Positions 1-8,917 of a DNA stretch of 64,000 nt are shown one piece after another (positions within the stretch are counted from its first letter, which is position 1; the number at the start of each line of letters is the position of its first letter). A program made the position numbers and the translations under genes. The notes beneath the pieces were generated by a model. That model was given only the letters and a program-made list of their open reading frames with translations, was not told the DNA's origin and made no database searches. Source of the stretch: a virus; the IMG/VR virus record IMGVR_UViG_3300031950_000001, positions 80,056 to 144,055 of that record. One strand, given 5' to 3'.

Positions 1-218
1 CGGTGGGCTGCATTCAGTAATCCCCCAGGCCTTCCTGGCCCGATAAAGAATTTCAATTAAAGTGAATTAATTCATGGAACGTTGCGGGTAGCCCGGCGTC
101 GGTTCAAACAGCTTTTTTTGAAACGCCGGGCTACCCGCTTGAATTTTTTTAGTGATCAGACAAGAATCGACAGTAGAATTTGCCTCGTTCTTCTATTTTT
201 TCACTTGGAGTAAGGCCT

Positions 219-665
219 ATGTTTGTTTTAGGTATTGATCCTGGTCAACGGGGCGCAATTGCGGTTCTTTCCGACTCACGAACAGGCGCAATCTTTGGAA
301 TGCCCCAAACCGAAAAGGATATATGCGAACTTCTTTTAGATATTAAAGACAAATATTCTCCTATCATGTGCTACATTGAAGACGTCCATGCAATGCCCAA
401 ACAGGGTGTATCTTCGACGTTCAAGTTTGGGCGGAACTATGGATTTCTTCGAGGTGTTCTAACCGCACTTAAGATTCCATTCGACGGAATTAGTCCTGTT
501 ACATGGCAACGTAAAATACGCTTTTCTTCTAGGGGAAACAAGAAGCTAGCCAAGCAAAAGGCGCAGAACCTATTTCCGGGCATCGAAGGTATTACAGATC
601 TTACGGCTGATGCCGTTCTAATCGCCTATAGTTGCCTATTGGACGTCACCAAGGTAAGAGAGTAA
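219..665 (+). CDS. RuvC-like Holliday junction resolvase (phage type)
   Basis: N-terminal VLGIDPG, YIEDV, SSTFKFGRNYG and C-terminal ADAVLIA match RuvC catalytic motifs. ATG 219 follows GGAG. Confidence 0.8.
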   Translation: MFVLGIDPGQRGAIAVLSDSRTGAIFGMPQTEKDICELLLDIKDKYSPIMCYIEDVHAMPKQGVSSTFKFGRNYGFLRGVLTALKIPFDGISPVTWQRKIRFSSRGNKKLAKQKAQNLFPGIEGITDLTADAVLIAYSCLLDVTKVRE

Positions 666-693
666 CTTTTTGGCTCTGTCTGGAGCAGGAGTA

Positions 694-1335
694 ATGCTTC
701 CCTGTTCTAAGCTAGAAGGAGTTATTAAATATCCGAATCTTTTATCTTTCGACTATGCGCGGGCTCGGCTGCTTGTGCATGGTTGTCTTGACGCATCGGG
801 TCGATACATTCTCGCTTATGGCAAACCTACGGGTGTAATACTTGATAAAACGGTTGTACTGCCGTATGACATTTACCCGCGGCTCTTGCACAGACTTCTT
901 GTCCGCGAGCTCTTGCCGAATACGACGGGATGGCTCTTTGCGTGCGGAGATGACTACGGCGAATTCTTCGTCGATGGCAAGCGGAAGGGAACTCGGATTC
1001 ACTTCGATCGTTACGAACCCTTTAAAGATCCGCTAAAACGCAGGAGTCTGCCCGAACTTGTTCGGCCGTCGTACGATCTGTTCGTCGAGCTTTATGAACT
1101 GATTCTCAAGATTCTCGAAATATCGCGTCCTGAGGAATTGGGTAAATGGCCGATTTACATGTACAACATAAAACACAAAGGGCGTATTGATTGTCTTTTC
1201 AACGCTGCCATGACGGAGCATCTTCGATGCGAAATCCATTTAAAATTTCGCGATATCATCCAGCCGACCGAGAAACTACTCCGACGCGGTAGTCAGACTG
1301 TAGCCCGGAAGCGAGAGCGAATATGTGCTACGTAG
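694..1335 (+). CDS. hypothetical protein, paralog family A (copy 1)
   Basis: Shares KLEGVxKY and C-terminal HxKxRDIIxPTEKxLRRG with 1354, 2025 and 7561. ATG after AGGAG. Confidence 0.7.
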   Translation: MLPCSKLEGVIKYPNLLSFDYARARLLVHGCLDASGRYILAYGKPTGVILDKTVVLPYDIYPRLLHRLLVRELLPNTTGWLFACGDDYGEFFVDGKRKGTRIHFDRYEPFKDPLKRRSLPELVRPSYDLFVELYELILKILEISRPEELGKWPIYMYNIKHKGRIDCLFNAAMTEHLRCEIHLKFRDIIQPTEKLLRRGSQTVARKRERICAT

Positions 1336-1353
1336 TACGTAAAGGAGTCACGT

Positions 1354-2028
1354 ATGTGGAATCACATTAAACTGGAGGGCGTGCTAAGGTATCGGAGTCA
1401 GCTGACATTTGATGTTGTGATCGCTAAGCTGTTGAAAGACGGCTACTTTGACCACGTAAGCCAATCGATTTTAGCTTACGGCGAACCGGTTGGTTCCGTA
1501 TTTGACAAGGTCATCGTGTTCCCTTATGCAACATATCCGCCGTCTATATATTCGACGTTACTTTATGAGCAGCATTTGTTCGATTCAACAGGTTGGCTGT
1601 TAGCAGCTGGCGACCGTGTCGGCGAGTTCATAACCGACAAACAGACCACTCAAATCCGGTTTAGTATAGACACAGATTGGTACAAACCCATATTATGTCG
1701 TGCCGAGATTCCGGAGCTCGTTCGACCGTCGTACGATTTGCTCATACGACTTTCGTTCGTATCTCGTGTGAGATGGAGTAGCGAGGAGCATATTCAGCAA
1801 CAAGATGAATTAGCCTATCTGGATGACGGGGTCATGTACGCGACCAGGTATAATGATACTCCTATTTATGATACAATTCGTACGGAGTATTTTCGGTGCG
1901 TGATGCATGTTAAATATCGTGATATTATTGCGCCCACAGAAAAATGGCTTCGTCGAGGCGGCCAGGCGTATGCACGAAAGCTGCGCGAACGGTTCCTCAG
2001 TCGACGGAGCGCAGGAGTCTCGCCGTGA
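1354..2028 (+). CDS. hypothetical protein, paralog family A (copy 2)
   Basis: KLEGVLRY ... PELVRPSYD ... MHVKYRDIIAPTEKWLRRG. RBS AAGGAG. Confidence 0.75.
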   Translation: MWNHIKLEGVLRYRSQLTFDVVIAKLLKDGYFDHVSQSILAYGEPVGSVFDKVIVFPYATYPPSIYSTLLYEQHLFDSTGWLLAAGDRVGEFITDKQTTQIRFSIDTDWYKPILCRAEIPELVRPSYDLLIRLSFVSRVRWSSEEHIQQQDELAYLDDGVMYATRYNDTPIYDTIRTEYFRCVMHVKYRDIIAPTEKWLRRGGQAYARKLRERFLSRRSAGVSP

Positions 2029-2702
2029 TCGTTAAGCTAGAAGGCGTGCTCAAATATCGCGATCAGATCACATTTGATCGCGTAATCGCTAATCTGTTTG
2101 AATATGGGTTTTTTGATCCCGTCGAGCAATCGATTTCATCCTATGGCGAACCCATCGGCGCTGTATTTGATCGAGTTATCGTCCTCCCCTATGCGACGTA
2201 TGCGACATTGTTGAGCGATGCACTATGTGAGGAATGGTTTGCGCCAACATATCGAAGCTGGTTGTTGCGGATCGATCATCGTGGCGGCGATTTTCTAGCA
2301 GACGGACGTGTGGACGAGATACGGTTTCTCGGCAGTAAGGATTGGTTCAAACCCGTACTGCGTCGTGCCGATGTTCCTGAATTCGTGCAACCGTCCTATG
2401 ATCGCGTTGTACGATGTCTGGCCGCATTGCGGCATATTTGGGAAAAGTCCGATGGCCGCGGATGCGCGAGGCCTCCGTACGAACTGACCTGCGAAGATGA
2501 GCCGGTTTTGAGTCGCGTCAACCATGCTCCCGGCATCCATCGTAACGATGTAATTCTTATGGAGTACTTCCGATGCTTAATGCATGTTAAATATCGTGAT
2601 ATTATTGCACCTACAGAAAAGTGGCTTCGTCGAGGTTGCCGATTACGGGCAAAGCGGTTGAAAACGATAGCGGACCCGCGGTCGAAAGGAGACTCTCCGT
2701 GA
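2025..2702 (+). CDS. hypothetical protein, paralog family A (copy 3)
   Basis: GTG start overlaps the previous stop, after AGGAG. KLEGVLKY ... MHVKYRDIIAPTEKWLRRG. Confidence 0.75.
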   Translation: MIVKLEGVLKYRDQITFDRVIANLFEYGFFDPVEQSISSYGEPIGAVFDRVIVLPYATYATLLSDALCEEWFAPTYRSWLLRIDHRGGDFLADGRVDEIRFLGSKDWFKPVLRRADVPEFVQPSYDRVVRCLAALRHIWEKSDGRGCARPPYELTCEDEPVLSRVNHAPGIHRNDVILMEYFRCLMHVKYRDIIAPTEKWLRRGCRLRAKRLKTIADPRSKGDSP

Positions 2703-3574
2703 GTGAGCTGCTTTTTTATCTCGAAGAATACATAAAACAAAATGGTCGGACAAAAATAGCGGAGCTAGCACGACTATTTGGGATTGGCAGGTCAATTGTC
2801 AGAAAATACATCAGAACATCGACCATTCTCGATATTTCGGGCCCATATGCCGTATTGAGGCGGACCGTTGGGAGCGAATACGGCGAAGTCACTCCGGATG
2901 ATCTTATTACTATTCGGAAGTACGATGTACCGACGCCCGAAGAGATCGAATGCCGCAAACAGACTATTCTTGACTGTATTGATGATTCGCTTCAAACACC
3001 GTTTATTCTCGAACGTCCGGATGAGTTTACAAATCTTATTCAGGCGGTCATCGAATTCTTTACTTCATTAACAGACGAGCGGGCTAGCAGCCTTGCGATG
3101 CAGATACGTTCCGATCTTTGCGAGGAAAGGGACGAGCACAAGCTTTATAAGATCTACATCTATATCTATAGTCGCCAGTCCAGATCAATAAAGGGCTGGG
3201 CGGCATTTATCGTAAACCGAAATAATCTCATGCACGCCATGAGTGGTTGCATGCTTCGCGTATCGGTTCTTCACATGTATCTCAATATTCTTGCACGAAT
3301 TCTCCGATTTGTTAAACCTTTCTCAGCCATTCAGATTGTATCGGACAAGCGAAGTATCGATACGTTGCGGCGGAGCCTCAATACCGATCATCGCATGTCC
3401 CTAAGCGAGCGATACGCTCGAAAGAAGTTGCTGTCGCTACTATCTTCATATACTATTAGCTTTGGCATTGCCGATGATGAGATACTCCAAAATTGCCGAA
3501 ATATGGCGATTAAGGCAAGGGAGGACCTTTGTTTGTTAGGAGTTGGTAATGGCCGTGTATCGCGTTTATTGTAG
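2699..3574 (+). CDS. hypothetical protein with N-terminal winged HTH
   Basis: YIKQNGRTKIAELARLFGIGRSIVRKYI resembles a DeoR-type wHTH. GTG start after AAGGAG. Confidence 0.55.
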   Translation: MSELLFYLEEYIKQNGRTKIAELARLFGIGRSIVRKYIRTSTILDISGPYAVLRRTVGSEYGEVTPDDLITIRKYDVPTPEEIECRKQTILDCIDDSLQTPFILERPDEFTNLIQAVIEFFTSLTDERASSLAMQIRSDLCEERDEHKLYKIYIYIYSRQSRSIKGWAAFIVNRNNLMHAMSGCMLRVSVLHMYLNILARILRFVKPFSAIQIVSDKRSIDTLRRSLNTDHRMSLSERYARKKLLSLLSSYTISFGIADDEILQNCRNMAIKAREDLCLLGVGNGRVSRLL

Positions 3575-3902
3575 GGAGGGGCGCTACAAAGCCGTTCCGA
3601 TACGTCGGATCGACTTTCGGGCGCTTTTGTTAGGCCCGATATGGCTCGTACTCCAACGAGCTTATCTTGAAGCCTTAGCGACATTCCTCTTGCTAATTGG
3701 ACTGTGGGGCTGTGGACTCCCTCTATTTGTGGCGATTATCGTGGTGAATATGCTAGTAAGTTACATTAATTTGGTCGTCCTTGATTCCCGGTTGCAGCGA
3801 TCGGGATGGGACTACATAAGCTCAGTAGAGGCTAAAGATCCGCATACGGCGATAAAGTTGGTTTTGGACCCGTTTTTGTCTTTGAAGAAAGGAGTGAAAT
3901 GA
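3549..3902 (+). CDS. small membrane protein (DUF2628-like)
   Basis: FRALLLGPIWLVLQRAY followed by two hydrophobic helices. Confidence 0.5.
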   Translation: MAVYRVYCREGRYKAVPIRRIDFRALLLGPIWLVLQRAYLEALATFLLLIGLWGCGLPLFVAIIVVNMLVSYINLVVLDSRLQRSGWDYISSVEAKDPHTAIKLVLDPFLSLKKGVK

Positions 3903-4237
3903 TGTTTGATGACGATCAAGTCCACGATGATTTCGATCAACAGCCAGAGCAGCCAAGTTATGATGAGTTGTCAAAACACATTGTCTTGCCTTCGAAGGTA
4001 GTAGGCGTTTTTGTGGTACCGACTCCAGGAACGTTTAAACTATCGATTTTGTGCATCCCCGAAAATGCCAAGCTCGAAGACGTAGGCAAGACGGAGCCCG
4101 CGGTACATGTCGTACTTTCGCTGCAGGACGTGGAAGCGCTGCTCCAGATGCTAAAAGACGGACTCGAAAGAGTCAAACTAGAACAAAAGGCACGATCGGC
4201 AGCGAATTATGGCCGTGAGCTGTTCGGACTGAGTTAG
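3899..4237 (+). CDS. hypothetical protein
   Basis: 112-aa ORF with AAGGAG RBS, coupled to the upstream gene. Confidence 0.6.
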   Translation: MMFDDDQVHDDFDQQPEQPSYDELSKHIVLPSKVVGVFVVPTPGTFKLSILCIPENAKLEDVGKTEPAVHVVLSLQDVEALLQMLKDGLERVKLEQKARSAANYGRELFGLS

Positions 4238-4722
4238 CCAGGCCAAAAAACCCTACTTGTAGGGGGTAGGCTTATAAAATTTGATTCCGGAATCAAATTT
4301 TGGCTTGTCCGTTTTGAAAAAATCTGTTAAATTGATTTAACAAACCTCCTACCTGCCCGCCCCGCGGAGCACCGCAGAACACAATCCTGCGGGGCGGGCA
4401 GGGTTTAATCGTCCGTCCTATAACGAAAGGAGAAGGAGAAATGAAGTATCGTGCAATTGTGTCGGGTCTAATGGTTCTGTCGGTTTTGGCTGTTTCGTCG
4501 CTGCGAGCGGCTGATGTTCCGCCCGATATCGAGAAGAAGCATGTCCAAATGCTCTATCCAGTCGTCCGCGTGACGGTCAAGAACGCTGGCGGCTCTGGGA
4601 CAATTCTCTATAGCGAAGATCGTGGAGATGGCTGTCAGACCTACGTTTTGACGAACTATCACGTTATCGAGGGAGCCATTAATATCGTTACCGAGTGGTC
4701 TTCGCTGGTTTACCAAACCTGC

Positions 4723-5949
4723 CTAAACCACGGCAGGTTTGGTAGGCTGCCTTTCTTCAGCCAATTTTGACGCTTCATCCAGAACTGCCCCGAAGGGTCT
4801 TACGTCCTGTCCACGTCCGTTTAGAGAGTCCGTGAACCCACTCCGGCCTCTGTTGATCAAACGTAACGCTTCCCGCTCAATGTTCCGAGCGGCGTTCAAA
4901 TCCCTATCAGCGGTATACCCGCACTCACAAACAAACGTTCGGTCACTCAGTGCCAAGTCTGATTTGACTACACCACACATTGGGCATAGCCGACTAGAGG
5001 GGAAGAAGCGGTCAACTTTTACCAATACGCCGCCGTACCACTCGGATTTGTATCGTAACTGTCGTACAATCTCGCCAAGCCCAGCATCGGAGATTAGCAG
5101 GGCCATGCGGTGGTTACGCAGCATTCCGGCGACATTCAAATCTTCCACGCCGATAATCCGATAGGTGCGGGCGATCTCGGTCGTCATCTTGTGCAGATAA
5201 TCCAACCGCTTGTTGGCTATCCGACGATGTAGCGTCGCCAACTTCTTCTTGGTGCGGTTCCAGCGACCGCTTCCCTCTTGTCGGCGGGATAGTTCGCGGC
5301 TCAGACGCTTTAACTTTCTCAGTCTTGAGCGTAGCAGCACTTGGTTCTCGTACCGCTTGCCATCTGAGAGAACAGCCAAAGTCCTGACGCCCACGTCTAT
5401 CCCGACTGCCCCTTGTGGGTGCTTGTGTTCTGGTGGTTCGATTTCTACATTGACAGCAGCATACCAATGCCCTGCGTTCTCCGAAATAGTAACTGACTTG
5501 ATTTCACCGTTAAACCTCAACACCTCGGCCATATTGATTGGTTTATCTAACTTTTCCAACTTGAGCCAATGGCCGTCAATACGAACCCGTGTCCCGTCCA
5601 TTCTGAAGGATAATTTGGATCGTTTCTTGGACTTGAACCTGGGATAGCCCTTCTTAGTATCGCCATTCTTGCACCGGCGAAAGAACCTCGTGAATGCGTC
5701 ATCAAGATTCCGAAAGCCAGTTTCTACAGCGCATTTAGAAACGTCCAGGGCCCAGGGGAACTGCTTGCGCTTGATGGCGTTGAATTGCCTTTTCAAGGTA
5801 TAAGCTGATGGTTTCCTGCCAGCGGCATATTCTTTCTGCCACTCGGCCAAACCCCAATTGAAGGCAAATCTTGCCGTTCCGCAAGCCTTGCGCAGGTACT
5901 CGGTCTGTTGAGGCGTGGGATTAAGTCTGATTTTATGTGCTCGCTGCAT
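4723..5949 (-). CDS. tnpB: RNA-guided endonuclease TnpB (IS607)
   Basis: AHKIRLNP N-terminus, RuvC motifs GIDVG / VEDL / DRDLNAA, zinc ribbon CPMC...CECG. All three catalytic acidic residues are present. Confidence 0.95.
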   Translation of the reverse strand: MQRAHKIRLNPTPQQTEYLRKACGTARFAFNWGLAEWQKEYAAGRKPSAYTLKRQFNAIKRKQFPWALDVSKCAVETGFRNLDDAFTRFFRRCKNGDTKKGYPRFKSKKRSKLSFRMDGTRVRIDGHWLKLEKLDKPINMAEVLRFNGEIKSVTISENAGHWYAAVNVEIEPPEHKHPQGAVGIDVGVRTLAVLSDGKRYENQVLLRSRLRKLKRLSRELSRRQEGSGRWNRTKKKLATLHRRIANKRLDYLHKMTTEIARTYRIIGVEDLNVAGMLRNHRMALLISDAGLGEIVRQLRYKSEWYGGVLVKVDRFFPSSRLCPMCGVVKSDLALSDRTFVCECGYTADRDLNAARNIEREALRLINRGRSGFTDSLNGRGQDVRPFGAVLDEASKLAEERQPTKPAVV

Positions 5950-6544
5950 CGGAGCTTTCCTTCTGCCTGCGCCCGCCTCGTGCTCCATATAACCGAGACG
6001 AAAAACTTACAATGATCGTCAGAATATCCTCAATCAACTCTTCGTGCTCGTTCTTCTCTTCCGCTTCTTCCAGAACTTCTACTCTGCAACCTACGCCATT
6101 GAAGAATCGCTCAATGGTTCGGAAACCAAAGCGGGTCAATCTATCTCGATGTTCAACTACAACCTTTTTGATTTTACCTTTGCAAGCCGCGTCTATGATC
6201 TTGAAGAACTGGCGGCGATTGTCGTTTAGACCAGAAGCAATCTCGGAACAGTCTAACACAATGCGATAACCGCGCTCCCTACAGGCTTCTATCAGCCTTT
6301 CATGCTGGCGGGTAAGATTCTCTACTTGCTTTTGTGTAGATACACGAGCATACAAGGCTACGTCCTTCTCGGTTACAGTAACACCATCCGATATAGACAG
6401 GAGCTTTTCAATCTCGGCACTATCATAGCGACGATGCCCGCCAGCAGTACGGTGTTCAGTCAGCTTTCCATCCCTGAGCCACCGATGCAAGGTGGTCTTG
6501 GAGAGCCGATACTTCTGCTCGACTTCCGATTGCCTCAACAACAT
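5933..6544 (-). CDS. tnpA: IS607 transposase TnpA (MerR-like HTH + serine recombinase)
   Basis: TLHRW...TAGGHRRY HTH, YARVSTQKQ catalytic Ser motif, EIASG, DRLTRFGF, FSSRLYG. Confidence 0.95.
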   Translation of the reverse strand: MLLRQSEVEQKYRLSKTTLHRWLRDGKLTEHRTAGGHRRYDSAEIEKLLSISDGVTVTEKDVALYARVSTQKQVENLTRQHERLIEACRERGYRIVLDCSEIASGLNDNRRQFFKIIDAACKGKIKKVVVEHRDRLTRFGFRTIERFFNGVGCRVEVLEEAEEKNEHEELIEDILTIIVSFSSRLYGARGGRRQKESSDAAST

Positions 6545-6665
6545 CAGCCATTACCTCATTCAGCCAAGTCTCATAGTCCTGTTTGTCCGGTACGGATTCA
6601 AATGGCGGGTCAACCTCGATTCTTTCACCGTTGACCAGTACGTAATCCTCACCAATTTCATTTAT

Positions 6666-6694
6666 AGTATAGCGCATCTTTGTCTCCTTGTCAA
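6666..6694 (-). promoter_or_regulatory. sigma70-type promoter in IS607 left end
   Basis: TTGACA-17 nt-TATACT on the minus strand, upstream of tnpA. Conserved with a 16-nt spacer in the second copy at 63932-63959. Confidence 0.7.
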
Positions 6695-7402
6695 GTGTTA
6701 TTGGTATGTTTGTAGCGGTATAGTCAGTTATTTGAAAACAGCTTTAACCTCCAGCAAGACGTGAAGCGGGAAGTCAACGACGAAGTCAAGGTTGAAATTT
6801 TCCGCTACACGCAAGGAAGTCGTCAAGACTTTAGTGACGCTTGTCAGGCGGAAATTGTAGCCAATTCGAAAGAAGAGGATTTGGCACTTTTACGCCTTAA
6901 GACCTCCCGCAAGATCGATCACGTCGCGAAAATGCTTCCCGAAAACGTCAGGGTTTACATTTTCCAGCCGATCTATGCGGTAGGATGCTCGCTGCCGCAT
7001 CCGCCGATTGCAACAAAGGGCGAGATTAACTATCTCGATGACGTTATTGATAAGCGTACTTATTGGATGGGAACGGCCAACATCGTCTTCGGTAATAGCG
7101 GTGGCGCCGTCTTTACCGAACATAACGGGGACTATTATTTCATTGGCGTCCCTAGCCGGGTTGCCGGCAGCTGGACGCAGATCTTCCCTCATATGGGATG
7201 GTTCATCCCGATCACGCGAGTTAGAAACTGGGCTAAGGCCGAGCATCTTGAGTTTCTGATTGATCCGAAGGTCAAGCCTTCGGATTGCTTTGCCAAGCGC
7301 GAGCAATTGCGCAAAGAAGCCGAACTGCGGATTTCGGCACAAAAGAAAGGCGAGCCAACTCCAGCGCCGAAGCCTTAAAACAATCTGATTAGCATTTCGA
7401 CT

Positions 7403-7456
7403 AAAACAAAAAACGTCCAGCCACGCTGTTTTGTGACTGGTTGGACGTTTTTGTTT
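7403..7456. terminator. hairpin, probable (bidirectional) intrinsic terminator
   Basis: aaacaaaaaacgtccagcca ... tggttggacgtttttgttt directly after the protease stop. Confidence 0.55.
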
Positions 7457-7560
7457 CAACGGCATTTCGTTGAGTCGATCTGGACGTGACTCTTCGTTTG
7501 AGATCGTCTTCACGACGATCTCGTTCTTCGTTATTCCCGCTTTCACGAGGAGGCTTTCTT

Positions 7561-8241
7561 GTGACTCGTGTTATGTTCGAGGGGGTTATCGTATACCCCA
7601 ATCAGATTTCTTGCGACCGTATTAAAAAGCTGCTCCAGTCTTACATGGACGAGACGGGGTCGTATATCGTTACGGATAACCAGCCATCCGCCGTCTTTGT
7701 AGACACCGCCATTGTGTTTCCTGGCGATTACTATGACGGCTTTGATGACCTTGTCCCGGAGCTGTTTTATAACGGAGAAGGATGGTTGTTATGGCACACA
7801 CCGGCGCTCCAGCTTGTAGGCTTTATTCTCGATGGTCGCGAGATGGAAGGAACGGACTATGATTCTTACATTAAGTATGTTATAAATACAGGTAAGGTAC
7901 CAAAAGTACCGCCTTCTCTAAGGCCGATTTGGCAAAGATACAGGTCGAGTCGAACGGAGCTCTATCAGCTGATTGGGCGCTATTATAAACACTCATTTCC
8001 TAATTTTGAGTTTATTGATCATTATTGCAAAGTATATGGCGGTGATAGGAATGCGATTCTACGGTGTTGGATCGAGTCTATTGTGTGCCATAGCCGATGC
8101 TTCTTCCGACACAAATATCGTCGGGAGATAAAGCCGACGATGAGCATTTTTAGGAAAGGCGTTAGATTATTGGACGCGCTTCTTTTGAACAAGGGCGTTA
8201 CGTTGTTGGATGCACTGAAGTCGCAATCGAGCGGAAACTAA
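7561..8241 (+). CDS. hypothetical protein, paralog family A (divergent copy 4)
   Basis: FEGVIVYPNQ ... GWLL ... RCFFRHKYRREIKPT aligns with the copies at 694-2702. GTG after GGAGG. Confidence 0.65.
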   Translation: MTRVMFEGVIVYPNQISCDRIKKLLQSYMDETGSYIVTDNQPSAVFVDTAIVFPGDYYDGFDDLVPELFYNGEGWLLWHTPALQLVGFILDGREMEGTDYDSYIKYVINTGKVPKVPPSLRPIWQRYRSSRTELYQLIGRYYKHSFPNFEFIDHYCKVYGGDRNAILRCWIESIVCHSRCFFRHKYRREIKPTMSIFRKGVRLLDALLLNKGVTLLDALKSQSSGN

Positions 8242-8317
8242 CATTTTTACTCAAAATGGGTGGTAAGGAGTACCGCCTAAAATTTGATTCCGGAATCAAA
8301 TTTTTTAGCTAGTCGCA

Positions 8318-8458
8318 TTGGGACTATTGCGGTTAAAGACCAGTCGACAGGTGCCGCATGTGGCCAAACTACTGCCAGTCGAAGCGAAGGTGTATATCTT
8401 TCAGCCGATTTATGCGGCGGGATGTTCTCTCCTGCATCCGCCGATTGCTACGAAAGGA
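8318..8458 (+). pseudogene. fragment of a second S1 protease paralog
   Basis: LLRLKTSRQVPHVAKLLPVEAKVYIFQPIYAAGCSLLHPPIATKG versus LLRLKTSRKIDHVAKMLPENVRVYIFQPIYAVGCSLPHPPIATKG at 6886-7020. Confidence 0.8.
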
Positions 8459-8681
8459 CCAGAACACAAGCATCCGCATCGGATATTTGAATGCCGCTCG
8501 AAACATTGAGCGGGAAGCGCTACTTGTGATCAACAGAGGCCGGAGTGGGTTCACGGACTCTCTAAACGGACGTGGACAGGACGTAAGACCCTTCGGGGCA
8601 GTCCTGGATGAAGCGTCAAAATTGGCCGACGAACGGCGGCCTTCCATTCCTGCCGTGGTTTAGGCAGGTTTGGTAAACCAG
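8459..8681 (+). mobile_element. IS607 remnant: short internal tnpB piece, tnpB 3' end / omega-RNA scaffold and right end
   Basis: PEHKHP piece, then near-identity to the reverse complement of 4705-4900, ending ...ggtttggtaaaccAG. Confidence 0.88.
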
Positions 8682-8917
8682 TGGCAAGTGTTTGCGCCAG
8701 TAACTTGCACACAGAAGTCGCCGGTGCCGTGTCTGATATGGCAGTGGGATGCGGGGCGCATGTGTCTGCGCAATGGCAATAGTCCGCTAGTGATTCATGT
8801 GTCTGGGCGTGGGAAACCGTACTTGAGCGCATGGGATAACATGATGCGTAATCGGTGGTCATGTCGGGAGTAAGGTGTAGTGTGGGCTGATCGGCAGGTT
8901 GGCGGCTAAGCCTGCCA

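Larger units (their letters stand above)
4707..6750 (-). mobile_element. IS607-family insertion sequence (TnpA serine recombinase + TnpB)
   Basis: tnpA/tnpB pair. Ends are defined by similarity to the second left end (63876) and the orphan right end (8681). The dinucleotide AG (IS strand) is present at both junctions. Confidence 0.92.
4441..7378 (+). pseudogene. secreted trypsin-like (S1) serine protease interrupted by IS607
   Basis: The 5' part (4441-4706) has a signal peptide, GSG and TNYHV (His). The 3' part (6751-7378) has DLALLRL (Asp) and GNSGG (Ser). Removing 4707-6750 restores the frame: WSSLQQDVKRE. Confidence 0.85.

Noticed and set aside
6456-6677. 73-aa ORF upstream of tnpA
   Set aside because: Its ATG lies inside the -35/-10 promoter spacer, it overlaps tnpA by 89 nt, and the frame is not kept in the second IS copy. 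It cannot be fully excluded.
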